64,000 bases of DNA from an uncultured Flavisolibacter sp. (GTDB taxonomy: Bacteria > Bacteroidota > Bacteroidia > Chitinophagales > Chitinophagaceae): contig CBDUBQ010000026.1 of assembly GCA_965365435.1 (NCBI GenBank), positions 25,641 to 89,640 on the forward strand, read 5' to 3'. This document shows positions 36,690 to 45,271 of this stretch, piece after piece. Under the pieces are notes generated by a model. That model worked only from the letters and a program-made list of their open reading frames with translations, ran no database searches and was not told where the DNA came from. Position 1 is the stretch's first letter; the number at the start of each line of letters is the position of its first letter. The position numbers and the translations under genes were made by a program.

Positions 36690-37837
36690 ATGGTTTCAAT
36701 GCTTTTCAACAGCGCCGGAAACGTTTCGGGCAGTTTGTCATCGCGAAGGTCGAGGCAGAGCGAATTGCGCAGCCGGCCAATAATTTCATCCATGTGGCTG
36801 CGCAGGGCCATTAGGCGGCTTTTTTCGTCGTTCAGGTCGCGGGTGTCAACGCCCAGCCGGTTGTGCTCCGCAATTTGCTCGCCCACCTGCTGCAGACGGG
36901 CATCAATGCTTTTGATGGCTTCGGCCGTAAAGCGCATGTCGAAAAAGCTTTCGTCGAGATAGCCGGCGATAAACCGCTTGCGGCTCGAAAATTTTTGCAG
37001 CGAAAACGTATCCACCGTTTCCAGCGACACCCAGCCCGATAGCAGGCTTTCTTTGGAAACAATAGCCAGCGTTACCCTTGATGATTTGACGGAGCGAATG
37101 ATAAAGCTCCGGATATCCTCGCCTGCCAGCATGGTTTCCGAATCAATGCAAACCGAAAGGCCTTTTTCCTGCAAAAGATTTTTCACCTTATCAGCAGCCG
37201 TTTTATTGGCATGGTTGTAAGAGATAAAGACGTCGAAGATTTCTTCCATTACATCATCGGCCGGTTGGGCCGCCTGCTTTTGCGTACGGTACACAAACAC
37301 GCCGGCAGCCGCAATTACGATGGCCTGAAAGATCAGCAGGCCCGTGTTGGTGCTGTGAAGGTTTTCCGCCGCGGATTTTTCGGCATCGCCAAACGGCTGT
37401 AGCAAAAGCGCCAGCATGGTGGCGCCGAGATAAGCAAACGATAATGTATAAACAAGGCGGAACAAAAGAGCATCGGACCTTATTAGCCGGAAAGCGGACC
37501 GTTTGTACCGGAAGTAGCTGAAAAGAATAAGCGCAATTCCCGGCAGTACACAAAGGGCAAACCAGGCCCAGGCGCTGTTGGCTTTATCGCCGTATTTTCT
37601 AAAAACAGTTTGCAGAAACAAAAACAAGATGAGAACAACAGCAAAGGCAAGCCATACGGTAAACAGCCGCTTTACTGCCCGGTCGAGAGTTAGTTCCATG
37701 GCCACAGTGTGCGTTTGGTTATTTTCGAAAATCATCATTTGTGGTTCGCTGCCCAGCCACAGGTCGGCAATGCAACCGCTATCGGAACGGGAAACGAAAA
37801 GGCAACATGAGTTTTTGAATATAGCCATAAAATTCAT
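36686..37837 (-). CDS. Four-TM membrane protein with cytoplasmic TIR domain and helical C-terminal tail
   Basis: TIR_2-like FDVFISYNHANKTAADKVKNLLQEKGLSVCIDSETMLAGEDIRSFIIRSVKSSRVTLAIVSKESLLSGWVSLE, roughly 36938-37240. Four hydrophobic helices lie upstream. The start codon is uncertain (M1, M4, M34 or M47). Confidence 0.8.
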   Translation of the reverse strand: MNFMAIFKNSCCLFVSRSDSGCIADLWLGSEPQMMIFENNQTHTVAMELTLDRAVKRLFTVWLAFAVVLILFLFLQTVFRKYGDKANSAWAWFALCVLPGIALILFSYFRYKRSAFRLIRSDALLFRLVYTLSFAYLGATMLALLLQPFGDAEKSAAENLHSTNTGLLIFQAIVIAAAGVFVYRTQKQAAQPADDVMEEIFDVFISYNHANKTAADKVKNLLQEKGLSVCIDSETMLAGEDIRSFIIRSVKSSRVTLAIVSKESLLSGWVSLETVDTFSLQKFSSRKRFIAGYLDESFFDMRFTAEAIKSIDARLQQVGEQIAEHNRLGVDTRDLNDEKSRLMALRSHMDEIIGRLRNSLCLDLRDDKLPETFPALLKSIETI

Positions 37838-38168
37838 ATAACCTTTGTTTTAAAGCCGGCGTCAAAATCCATTGCCTTATTCGCCTTCGGCATTTTTATT
37901 ATCTATCTCCGGTTTTACGCCGCTCGTTGTGGTACCAGCCAATCGGTCTGTTTTCATAAACAGATGCGGGGTGGCGACATTCACGGACTTGCAATAGCTG
38001 GATTACCGTAAGAATTGTTGATGTTTTGCCTGTTGACTAGCATCCTGCCCTCCCTTTTGTCCTCCCAATCGGCCTTTTTGTTTAACATTTTTCCCCTTCT
38101 TGTCGGCGAATTCTACGTTTGTGCCCTTAGAAACCGAAAACCAATTGTCCAACCTAAATAGAAAAGAA

Positions 38169-40619
38169 ATGAGACTGTTTATCCTCTTCCTGCTGCTGAC
38201 TGGTTTTACCACCTTGCAGGCCCAATCCATTAACGGTGTAGCCAAAGACGATGGGGGTGCACCGCTGGCCGGCGCCACTGTGGCCCTGGTAAAAGCCAAA
38301 GACACGGCTGTAGTAAAGCTGGCTGTGGCCGGTGGCAATGGCGCTTATACATTTAACAACATTCCCCAAGGCAACTACCGCGTAATGGTGAGCCACGTGG
38401 GTTATGCTCAGGCCCTTTCGGCGCCATTTACTTTTGATAAAGCCGATGTAACCGCACCCGCACTAGCTGCGAAAAAGGCAGCCGGCGATTTGGCCGCTGT
38501 AACGGTGTCGGTGCGCAAGCCAATGGTAGAAGTGAAAGCCGATAAAACCGTATTGAATGTGGAAGGCACCATCAACGCCGCCGGCTCCGATGCGCTGGAG
38601 TTGATGCGGAAGGCGCCCGGCGTATTGGTTGATAAAGACGAAAACCTGAGTGTGAACGGCAAAAACGGCGTGCAGGTGTACATTGACGGCCGCCCCTCGC
38701 CGCTCACCGGCACCGATCTGGCCAATTTCCTGAAATCAACCCAGGCATCGCAGATCGAATCCATCGAGATCATCACCAACCCATCGGCCCGTTATGAAGC
38801 CGCCGGCAATGCGGGTATCATTAACATCCGCATGAAAAAAAACAAAGCCTTCGGCACCAACGGTTCGGCTAATGCCGGCTATGCCGTGGGCATTTTTTCG
38901 CGGTACAATGCAGGCTTTACCCTAAACCACCGCAACAAGGCGCTGAATGTTTACGGAAGCTACACATTTGCCAAAGGCCCTACCAACACCACCCTCAATT
39001 TTTACCGCACGGTGCTGGATACGGCCTTTGATCAGCAGGGCCGGATGATCATGGACAACCTGAGCCATAACATCCGCCTGGGTGCCGACTACACGTTGAG
39101 CAAAACTTCTTCTGTTGGTGTGCTGGCAACAACGTCCATCACCGATCCTTCCATGACCAACAGCAGCCGCACAGCTATCTCTTATGTCCCCACCGGTGTT
39201 ACCGACCGTTTTCTGGTGGCCAACAATATGTCGGACCTGAGGCGGAACAATTACACCCTGAACCTGAACTACAACTACAACGGCGCCGACGGAAAAGTGC
39301 TGACGCTGAATGCTGACCGGGGATACTATGAGAACAACAACGACCAGTTTCAGCCCAACTTTTATTATGGCGCCAACGGCTTTACCTTTCTCCGCTCGGT
39401 GATTGTGGAAATGATTGCGCCCACCACCATCAGCATCAACTCCGGCAAGCTGGATTATGAGCAGAACTTTAAAGGAGGAAAGCTGAGCCTGGGTGGCAAG
39501 GTTTCGTTTGTGAACACCGACAACGATTTCCGCCGGTTTGATGTGTTTAGCTCGGGCAAAACGCTCGACCGCGACCGCAGCAACCGTTTCCGGTACGACG
39601 AAAACATCAACGCCGTGTACGCCAACTGGAACAAAGCCTATAAAGGACTGATGGTACAGGCCGGCCTACGCGTAGAAAATACCAATGCTACCGGCACGTC
39701 AACCGGTGAGCGTAAGCAGGGTTCGGGCTACATGCCCATGCAGTCGGGCTTCGATCGTAACTACACCAACTTCTTCCCCAGCGCTGCGGTTACGTTCAAC
39801 AAAAACCCAATGAACCAGTGGACGGTAAGCTACAGCCGCCGCATAGACCGGCCGGCCTATCAAAACCTCAATCCGTTTGAGATGAAGCTGGACGAATACT
39901 CGGTGATGAAAGGCAACATTAACCTGCGGCCGCAATTCACCAACAGCTTCGAGCTAACCAATATTCGCAAGTACCGCCTTACCACCAAGCTGGGTTACAG
40001 CCATATTTCGGACCTGTTTACGCAGATCATTGATACCACCGAGGGGTCGAAGTCGGTGATGATGGCCCGCAACCTGGCCACGCAGGACCTCATCAGCCTG
40101 AACATAAGCTACCCGTTTCAGTACAAAGCCTATAGCCTCTTTACCAACATCAGCGCCAACTATAATATGAACCGGGCCAACTTCGGCAACGGCCGCGAGA
40201 TTAAGGTCAACGCCTTTGGCGCTACCGCGTTTGCGCAAAACAGTGTGCGGTTTGCCAAAACCTGGACGGTTGAATTGAGCGGTGTTTATATTGCGCCTAC
40301 GGTGTTTCAGGGAACCTTTAAAACAAAAGGATTTGGCTTTATAGACCTGGGGCTGCAAAAGCAAATCTTTGGTGGCAACGGCACCGTGAAGGTGGCAGGC
40401 AGCGATCTGTTTGGGTTCTTTCGCATCCGTGCCACCTCCGATTTTGCCGGCCAGGTAACAAGAGTGATGGTGGCCCCCGAAATGCGGCAGTTCAAGATCA
40501 ACTTCAACTGGCGCTTTGGCAGCACAACGGTGAAAGGCGCCAAACAAAAAGCCGGTGCATCGGAAGAAGAAAAAAGAAGGGCCGAGCAGCAGGGTGGCGG
40601 CCTCAATATCGGCCAGTAA
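38169..40619 (+). CDS. Outer-membrane beta-barrel receptor (CarboxypepD_reg + plug + OMP_b-brl_3), paralogue of 19043..21532
   Basis: Signal peptide MRLFILFLLLTGFTTLQAQ. Segments GVAKDDGGAPLAGATVAL and LVDKDENLSVNG. Same architecture and same charged C-terminal tail as the paralogue. Confidence 0.85.
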   Translation: MRLFILFLLLTGFTTLQAQSINGVAKDDGGAPLAGATVALVKAKDTAVVKLAVAGGNGAYTFNNIPQGNYRVMVSHVGYAQALSAPFTFDKADVTAPALAAKKAAGDLAAVTVSVRKPMVEVKADKTVLNVEGTINAAGSDALELMRKAPGVLVDKDENLSVNGKNGVQVYIDGRPSPLTGTDLANFLKSTQASQIESIEIITNPSARYEAAGNAGIINIRMKKNKAFGTNGSANAGYAVGIFSRYNAGFTLNHRNKALNVYGSYTFAKGPTNTTLNFYRTVLDTAFDQQGRMIMDNLSHNIRLGADYTLSKTSSVGVLATTSITDPSMTNSSRTAISYVPTGVTDRFLVANNMSDLRRNNYTLNLNYNYNGADGKVLTLNADRGYYENNNDQFQPNFYYGANGFTFLRSVIVEMIAPTTISINSGKLDYEQNFKGGKLSLGGKVSFVNTDNDFRRFDVFSSGKTLDRDRSNRFRYDENINAVYANWNKAYKGLMVQAGLRVENTNATGTSTGERKQGSGYMPMQSGFDRNYTNFFPSAAVTFNKNPMNQWTVSYSRRIDRPAYQNLNPFEMKLDEYSVMKGNINLRPQFTNSFELTNIRKYRLTTKLGYSHISDLFTQIIDTTEGSKSVMMARNLATQDLISLNISYPFQYKAYSLFTNISANYNMNRANFGNGREIKVNAFGATAFAQNSVRFAKTWTVELSGVYIAPTVFQGTFKTKGFGFIDLGLQKQIFGGNGTVKVAGSDLFGFFRIRATSDFAGQVTRVMVAPEMRQFKINFNWRFGSTTVKGAKQKAGASEEEKRRAEQQGGGLNIGQ

Positions 40620-40640
40620 ACGATTAGTGTTGAAAAACAA

Positions 40641-40705
40641 AACGGTAAACAGGCAACAGGGCGCAGGGGCAGGAACCACCCGCTTTCTTTTGCCTGTTTA
40701 CCGTT
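40641..40705 (+). terminator. Perfect 15-bp inverted repeat with a 35-nt loop, between the receptor gene and lytS-like gene
   Basis: AACGGTAAACAGGCA (40641-40655) and TGCCTGTTTACCGTT (40691-40705). No U-tract follows, so a terminator role is uncertain. Confidence 0.4.
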
Positions 40706-40745
40706 TACTGTGTGGCAATAAAAAAGCAATTGATAATCCTCATCC

Positions 40746-41852
40746 ATGAATTTTCTTTTTTTGCAACACCGGCGCCGGTACCGTTTTGGCCGTGTGTTTT
40801 GGACGGTGCTTGCTATTTATCTGGTGCTGGCTTTCCTGGGTTTGATATTTGCTGTATTTGGGCCGGCCGTGTCCGAAAAGTCCTTTGATCTTTCTACACT
40901 GTTGAGCTGGAAGTTTTTTTTACTGCAGGCAATTAAGATCGGTTTTTATTCTGTTTTATATTTTGGCCTGCTCAATTTGTTTTACCGGTTGATAGCCGAA
41001 CGGCACACCGCCAACAAATACCTGCAGCCCATATTGATGGCCGTGCTCACGATGGCCCTGTATTATTATCTTACGTTTCTGTTCGAGTCGTTGCTGGTGG
41101 ACCGCAAACAAATGACCGAACAACTTACCACCGGGTCTATTTTTTTCTTTCATGCCTTTGCCATGGTGTTTCACCTGGGGCTTTCGTTCAGCATTGCCTA
41201 CATCACTTTCCTGCGTGATGAAAAAAATCATAACAAGGTGCTGGAAGAACAAAAGATGCAACTGGAAGTGGAAAAAACCCAGGCCAACCTTAATTTTTTA
41301 AAAGCGCAGATCAACCCGCATTTTTTGCACAACACACTGAACTTTTTGTACGCTAAGTCGCTGCCTTATTCCGAAGAATTGTCGGAAGGCATTCTGACGC
41401 TTTCCGAAATCATGCGATATGCCCTGGGGCCGGCGGCCCGCGATGGCATGGTAGCCCTGAAAGACGAAATTGAGCATGTGCGGAATGTCATCAAAATTAA
41501 CCAGCTCCGTTTTTCCAATAACCTGAACGTGCGGTTTGAAGTGAATGGTGTGGTGAACGGCGCCACGGTTATCCCGTTTTTGCTGATTACACTGGTGGAG
41601 AACGCATTTAAGCACGGCGACTTAAAAAGCACCGAAAACCCCATTGAAATACGGGTGAACATGCTGCCGGGCGGGCGCATGCAGTTTTTTTGCCGCAACA
41701 AAAAGAAAGGCGGCCCGAAGGAGATTTCTACCGGCATTGGGCTCGACAATATTCGCAACCAACTGGACCTGACCTATGGTGCAAATTATTTACTGGCGAT
41801 AAAAGACGAAGCCGATTTTTACACCACCGAATTAACCATCAACGCCGTATGA
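40746..41852 (+). CDS. LytS-type sensor histidine kinase (His_kinase PF06580-like)
   Basis: QINPHFLHNTLNFLY motif, a multi-TM N-terminus, and ATPase-like ENAFKHG. Confidence 0.85.
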   Translation: MNFLFLQHRRRYRFGRVFWTVLAIYLVLAFLGLIFAVFGPAVSEKSFDLSTLLSWKFFLLQAIKIGFYSVLYFGLLNLFYRLIAERHTANKYLQPILMAVLTMALYYYLTFLFESLLVDRKQMTEQLTTGSIFFFHAFAMVFHLGLSFSIAYITFLRDEKNHNKVLEEQKMQLEVEKTQANLNFLKAQINPHFLHNTLNFLYAKSLPYSEELSEGILTLSEIMRYALGPAARDGMVALKDEIEHVRNVIKINQLRFSNNLNVRFEVNGVVNGATVIPFLLITLVENAFKHGDLKSTENPIEIRVNMLPGGRMQFFCRNKKKGGPKEISTGIGLDNIRNQLDLTYGANYLLAIKDEADFYTTELTINAV

Positions 41853-42571
41853 TCAACTGCCTTGTCGTAGATGACGAACAACACGCCATTGACATCCTGA
41901 AGCATTACATTGGCCAAACACCGTTTCTGCAATTGATTGCCTCCACCACCAATCCTATCGAGGCATTGCAGATCGTAAACGAGCAGCCGGTAGAGCTCAT
42001 TTTCTTGGACGTGCAAATGCCCGAGCTGTCGGGCATTGATTTTATAAAAGCCATACAGGGCAAGGCAAAAGTAATTCTGACCACGGCTTACAGCGAGTTT
42101 GCCATTGAAAGCTATGAGCTGGATGTGGTGGACTATCTGCTGAAGCCTATCCGCTTTCCGCGGTTTTTGCAGGCGGTGCAAAAGGTGGCAAAAGAAGGAG
42201 GCGATGCCGCAAAAGAAGAAACCGATACAGACGGCGATGACGACTATATTTTTGTGAAAACCGAATCGAAGGGAAAGCTGCTGAAAATAAACCTCGCTGA
42301 TATTGATTTTATCGAGGGCATGAAAAATTACGTGGCCATCCATTGCGGCGAGAAAAAAACCCTGGTGTACACCAGCATGAAAGAACTGGAAGAACGCCTG
42401 CCGCACAAGCGTTTTTTGCGGGTGCACAAATCCTATATTATCCCCATTGCCAAAATTACCGGCATCGAAGGCAACCTGCTTCGCCTCAAAGGTGTAGTCA
42501 GTGAAATACTGATTGGCGAAAACTACAAGGCCGATTTAATGGAGATTATCAGGGGCAAGATGATCCAGTGA
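41849..42571 (+). CDS. LytTR-family response regulator
   Basis: Receiver domain LVVDDEQHAIDIL...IFLDVQMP. LytTR segment FLRVHKSYII. ATGA overlap with the kinase. Confidence 0.9.
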   Translation: MINCLVVDDEQHAIDILKHYIGQTPFLQLIASTTNPIEALQIVNEQPVELIFLDVQMPELSGIDFIKAIQGKAKVILTTAYSEFAIESYELDVVDYLLKPIRFPRFLQAVQKVAKEGGDAAKEETDTDGDDDYIFVKTESKGKLLKINLADIDFIEGMKNYVAIHCGEKKTLVYTSMKELEERLPHKRFLRVHKSYIIPIAKITGIEGNLLRLKGVVSEILIGENYKADLMEIIRGKMIQ

Positions 42572-42594
42572 GGTGAGTGGTTAGTGGTGAGTAC
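42571..42594. repeat. Tandem 7-nt units (GGTGAGT/GGTTAGT), left arm flanking the four-helix-bundle gene
   Basis: GGTGAGTGGTTAGTGGTGAGTACG. The inverted partner is at 42974-43000. Confidence 0.65.
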
Positions 42595-42618
42595 GTTAAC
42601 TGTAAGCAAACCCTGCTT

Positions 42619-42984
42619 ATGTTTTTAAAATTAGCGCACACAAGACTGGACGTATTTCAGGCTTCCAAAGAATTTGTTCTCGAATGTTACCGCGTCACCA
42701 ACAGCTTTCCAGGCGACGAAAAATTCGCCATGACATCGCAGATAAGGCGTGCAGCACTTTCTGCGCACCTGAATGTTGCTGAGGGATGTTCCCGAAAATC
42801 TTTGGCAGAACGAAAGCGGTTTTATGAGGTGTCACGTGGTTCACTCATTGAAGTTGACACAGCATTCGACATCGCTCTTTCGCTGAACTATTGCACAAAC
42901 GATAGGCTGGAAAACTTAGGGGAAATATTAGTAAAGACATTCAAAATGCTATGCGGCTCGATTGGCGGCGATTCTCACTACTGA
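42619..42984 (+). CDS. Four-helix-bundle protein (23S rRNA intervening-sequence protein family)
   Basis: FPGDEKFAMTSQIRRAALSAHLNVAEGCSRKSLAERKRFYEVSRGSLIEVDTAFDIA matches the family pattern (Q.RRA..S...NIAEG..R.....F..A.GS..E). Confidence 0.8.
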   Translation: MFLKLAHTRLDVFQASKEFVLECYRVTNSFPGDEKFAMTSQIRRAALSAHLNVAEGCSRKSLAERKRFYEVSRGSLIEVDTAFDIALSLNYCTNDRLENLGEILVKTFKMLCGSIGGDSHY

Positions 42985-43000
42985 CCACTGACAACTCACC
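42974..43000. repeat. Right arm (ACTCACC/ACTGACC units) of the inverted pair flanking the four-helix-bundle gene
   Basis: CTCACTACTGACCACTGACAACTCACC. Its reverse complement is GGTGAGTTGTCAGTGGTCAGTAGTGAG. Confidence 0.65.
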
Positions 43001-43001
43001 A

Positions 43002-44231
43002 TCACGCTGCCGGCTGCCCAACCACTGATACAACTTCATAGTCCACCTTCGTTGCGGTGGGATGGTCGGGGATAGCGATGGTTTTTGATTCTTTCGCATC
43101 TATCTTGCCAAAGCTGATCGTCTTTTTTTGCAGCAATTCATTCTCATCGTTATAGTACGACACGGCAACGGTAGCACCAGCGATTTTCTGCGAACTCCTG
43201 TTCACAAGGGTGGCCCTGGCCCCGCGGATGCCCATCATCCAATCGTTCGGCACATCAAAACGCACATAAACCAGCTGGGCAAGGTTAGCTGCACCATCGC
43301 GGCGGGTGGCCACCCGCTCGCCGTTTTCCGTTTCGGCCGGCCGTCTTTCTTCCGCTTTGTTCTCCGCAGGTTTTTTCCTGAACAAGTCAGCGATCTTATC
43401 ACGCAGCGATTTCTTTTTCTCCTGCGGTGGAGAAGGTGTTTCGGCCGGTGCTGCCGCTGCATCTTCCGCATGCGTCACGTCTTCGCTGCTCAATGGTTCG
43501 CTGGCTTTTTCAATGGTGGGGTCTGCAGCGGCTTCGCTTTGTTTGTTTTTGGCCGGCGGTGGCGTTTGTGTCGCCGGTACCTGGTTCAGAACCCGGCCGT
43601 TCGTTCGCTTTTTTGATGCCGCAGGAAATGCCACTGTTTTTTTATCGGTGTTTTCATCGGCTGCAACGGCCGCAGGTAATAGTTCGCCCGGTGTGGATGA
43701 GGTTGAGGCAAGATCTGCTGGTGGATCGTTTGTTTCGCCACCCCGGTTAAGCAGCCAAGAGGCGGCAAACACACCACCCACGATTAAAACCGTGACTGCG
43801 CTCACCACAGCCGGGTGAGGCGATTTACGATTTTGTACCGGCGTGGTGGCCGCCGTTGATGACGCTTGGGGAATAGCCGCCGGCGCTTCAAACTGCGCAT
43901 GCACCGCTGCTTCCAGGTTGGTGATAGCCGGCTTTATGGTTTGCCAGGCAGCCGGCGGCGCTTCTTCAAAAACGGCTGGCGCCGCCGATTGGACAGCGCC
44001 TGGCTGTTGGGGAACAATCTTATTTTCCGTGGGTGCCGGCGGCTTTGGTTTTTGCGGCAAAAACGACAGGTAAGGGTGCAGGGCCGCTATTTCCTGCGGA
44101 TAGTACCAGCCGGCACTTCGCCCTTCCATCCAGATCAGATCATAGGGTTTTAAATCAAATTGCGTGAGTTCGGCAAGGCTGTAGGGGCCTGTTTGTTGAT
44201 CGTGGCGCAGGAGAACGTAAATCTTTTCCAT
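43002..44231 (-). CDS. GYF_2 (DUF4339)-domain protein with P/A-rich linker, one TM helix and a C-terminal domain
   Basis: N-terminus IYVLLRHDQQTGPYSLAELTQFDLKPYDLIWMEGRSAGWYYPQEI. TM helix VVSAVTVLIVGGVFAASWLL. Long low-complexity segment. Confidence 0.7.
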   Translation of the reverse strand: MEKIYVLLRHDQQTGPYSLAELTQFDLKPYDLIWMEGRSAGWYYPQEIAALHPYLSFLPQKPKPPAPTENKIVPQQPGAVQSAAPAVFEEAPPAAWQTIKPAITNLEAAVHAQFEAPAAIPQASSTAATTPVQNRKSPHPAVVSAVTVLIVGGVFAASWLLNRGGETNDPPADLASTSSTPGELLPAAVAADENTDKKTVAFPAASKKRTNGRVLNQVPATQTPPPAKNKQSEAAADPTIEKASEPLSSEDVTHAEDAAAAPAETPSPPQEKKKSLRDKIADLFRKKPAENKAEERRPAETENGERVATRRDGAANLAQLVYVRFDVPNDWMMGIRGARATLVNRSSQKIAGATVAVSYYNDENELLQKKTISFGKIDAKESKTIAIPDHPTATKVDYEVVSVVGQPAA

Positions 44232-44310
44232 ACGTGCCGTTTTATGCGGGGATGTTTGCACATAACGCACAAAACCAAAGATTCGTGTGCAGCCGGCCTT
44301 TAAAGAAAAG

Positions 44311-45123
44311 CTAATTGACCGCCCGGAGCCGCTCGCCGCAGCCGGTGTAGGTTTCGCCTTTATACACCACCTTTATTTTTTGGCTGTAAAGAAAATCGCT
44401 CATGCCGTCGCTGCAGAAAAGAGGATACACAATTACCCGCAGTGAGTCATTGATGGCTGTATAGACGGTACTGTCAGAAGAAACCGAAGCCCTGGCCGCT
44501 TTTGCCCGAAGCGGGGCCGGCCAGTCGGGCATGGTCATCACCAGCGAATCCTGGCGGGTGAGCTCTACACTCCAGAAAGGTTCTGTGCCAACGGCGTAGA
44601 GCAACGTGCCTTCGGATTTTTTGTTTTGCCAAAACTCATTCACCCTTACCGATGTGAGCTTTTCCAGGGCAAAATGTTTTTTCATTCGTGGGCTGAAATA
44701 CTGCAGGGTATCGCCCTGCCAGGTGTACCGGCCCCGCACCACCTGGTCTTTGTACAACCAAATGAAACCGGCCGACGGTGCCCAGGTACCTTTGGTGACC
44801 GAAACGCTGTCCCACCCCGGACCAAACTCTTCCTGCAGCAGAAACTGGCCATCGGTAAACGAAACGGTATGCAGAATATGGCCTCCATCTTCGCCTGGCA
44901 ATAAAAAGCGGTAAACACCAGAAGGTCTTTTTATGGCAGGCGGCGCTGGTTTTTCTTCGGCCGGTTCTTCCTCTTTTGCAAAATTCAGGTCGCTATCGGC
45001 GGCGGGCAATTCGCTGGCGGTGGGCATGCTGGTGTCGGTGGTTGGTGTTGGACTGGCTTCTTCGCCTGGCCCGGTACCGCACGAGAGCAAGATCAAACAG
45101 CCAAAGGCGAGCCACAGACGCAT
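44311..45123 (-). CDS. Lipoprotein, unknown function
   Basis: MRLWLAFGCLILLSCGTG lipobox. Start at the internal ATG 45123. Confidence 0.6.
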   Translation of the reverse strand: MRLWLAFGCLILLSCGTGPGEEASPTPTTDTSMPTASELPAADSDLNFAKEEEPAEEKPAPPAIKRPSGVYRFLLPGEDGGHILHTVSFTDGQFLLQEEFGPGWDSVSVTKGTWAPSAGFIWLYKDQVVRGRYTWQGDTLQYFSPRMKKHFALEKLTSVRVNEFWQNKKSEGTLLYAVGTEPFWSVELTRQDSLVMTMPDWPAPLRAKAARASVSSDSTVYTAINDSLRVIVYPLFCSDGMSDFLYSQKIKVVYKGETYTGCGERLRAVN

Positions 45124-45271
45124 GAAGATTGTTTGACGAAAAGGAGAAAAACTTATGCCACGAATGAAAGGCCCAACGCCGTAGGTAAGGCTGCCTGTGT
45201 GCCGGCTTTTGTGGACAAAAGAAAAAAAATCCCCACCGGGGTGAGGATAAACTATTTCTTTCAAAGGCCTA

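Noticed and set aside
33961-37837. Assigning the TIR locus to Thoeris, CBASS or Pycsar
   Set aside because: There is no ThsA-like SIR2, Macro or SLOG partner, no CD-NTase or cyclase, and no SAVED domain. The only neighbours are an exported orphan protein and a Crp-type regulator. I report it as unclassified rather than as a known system.
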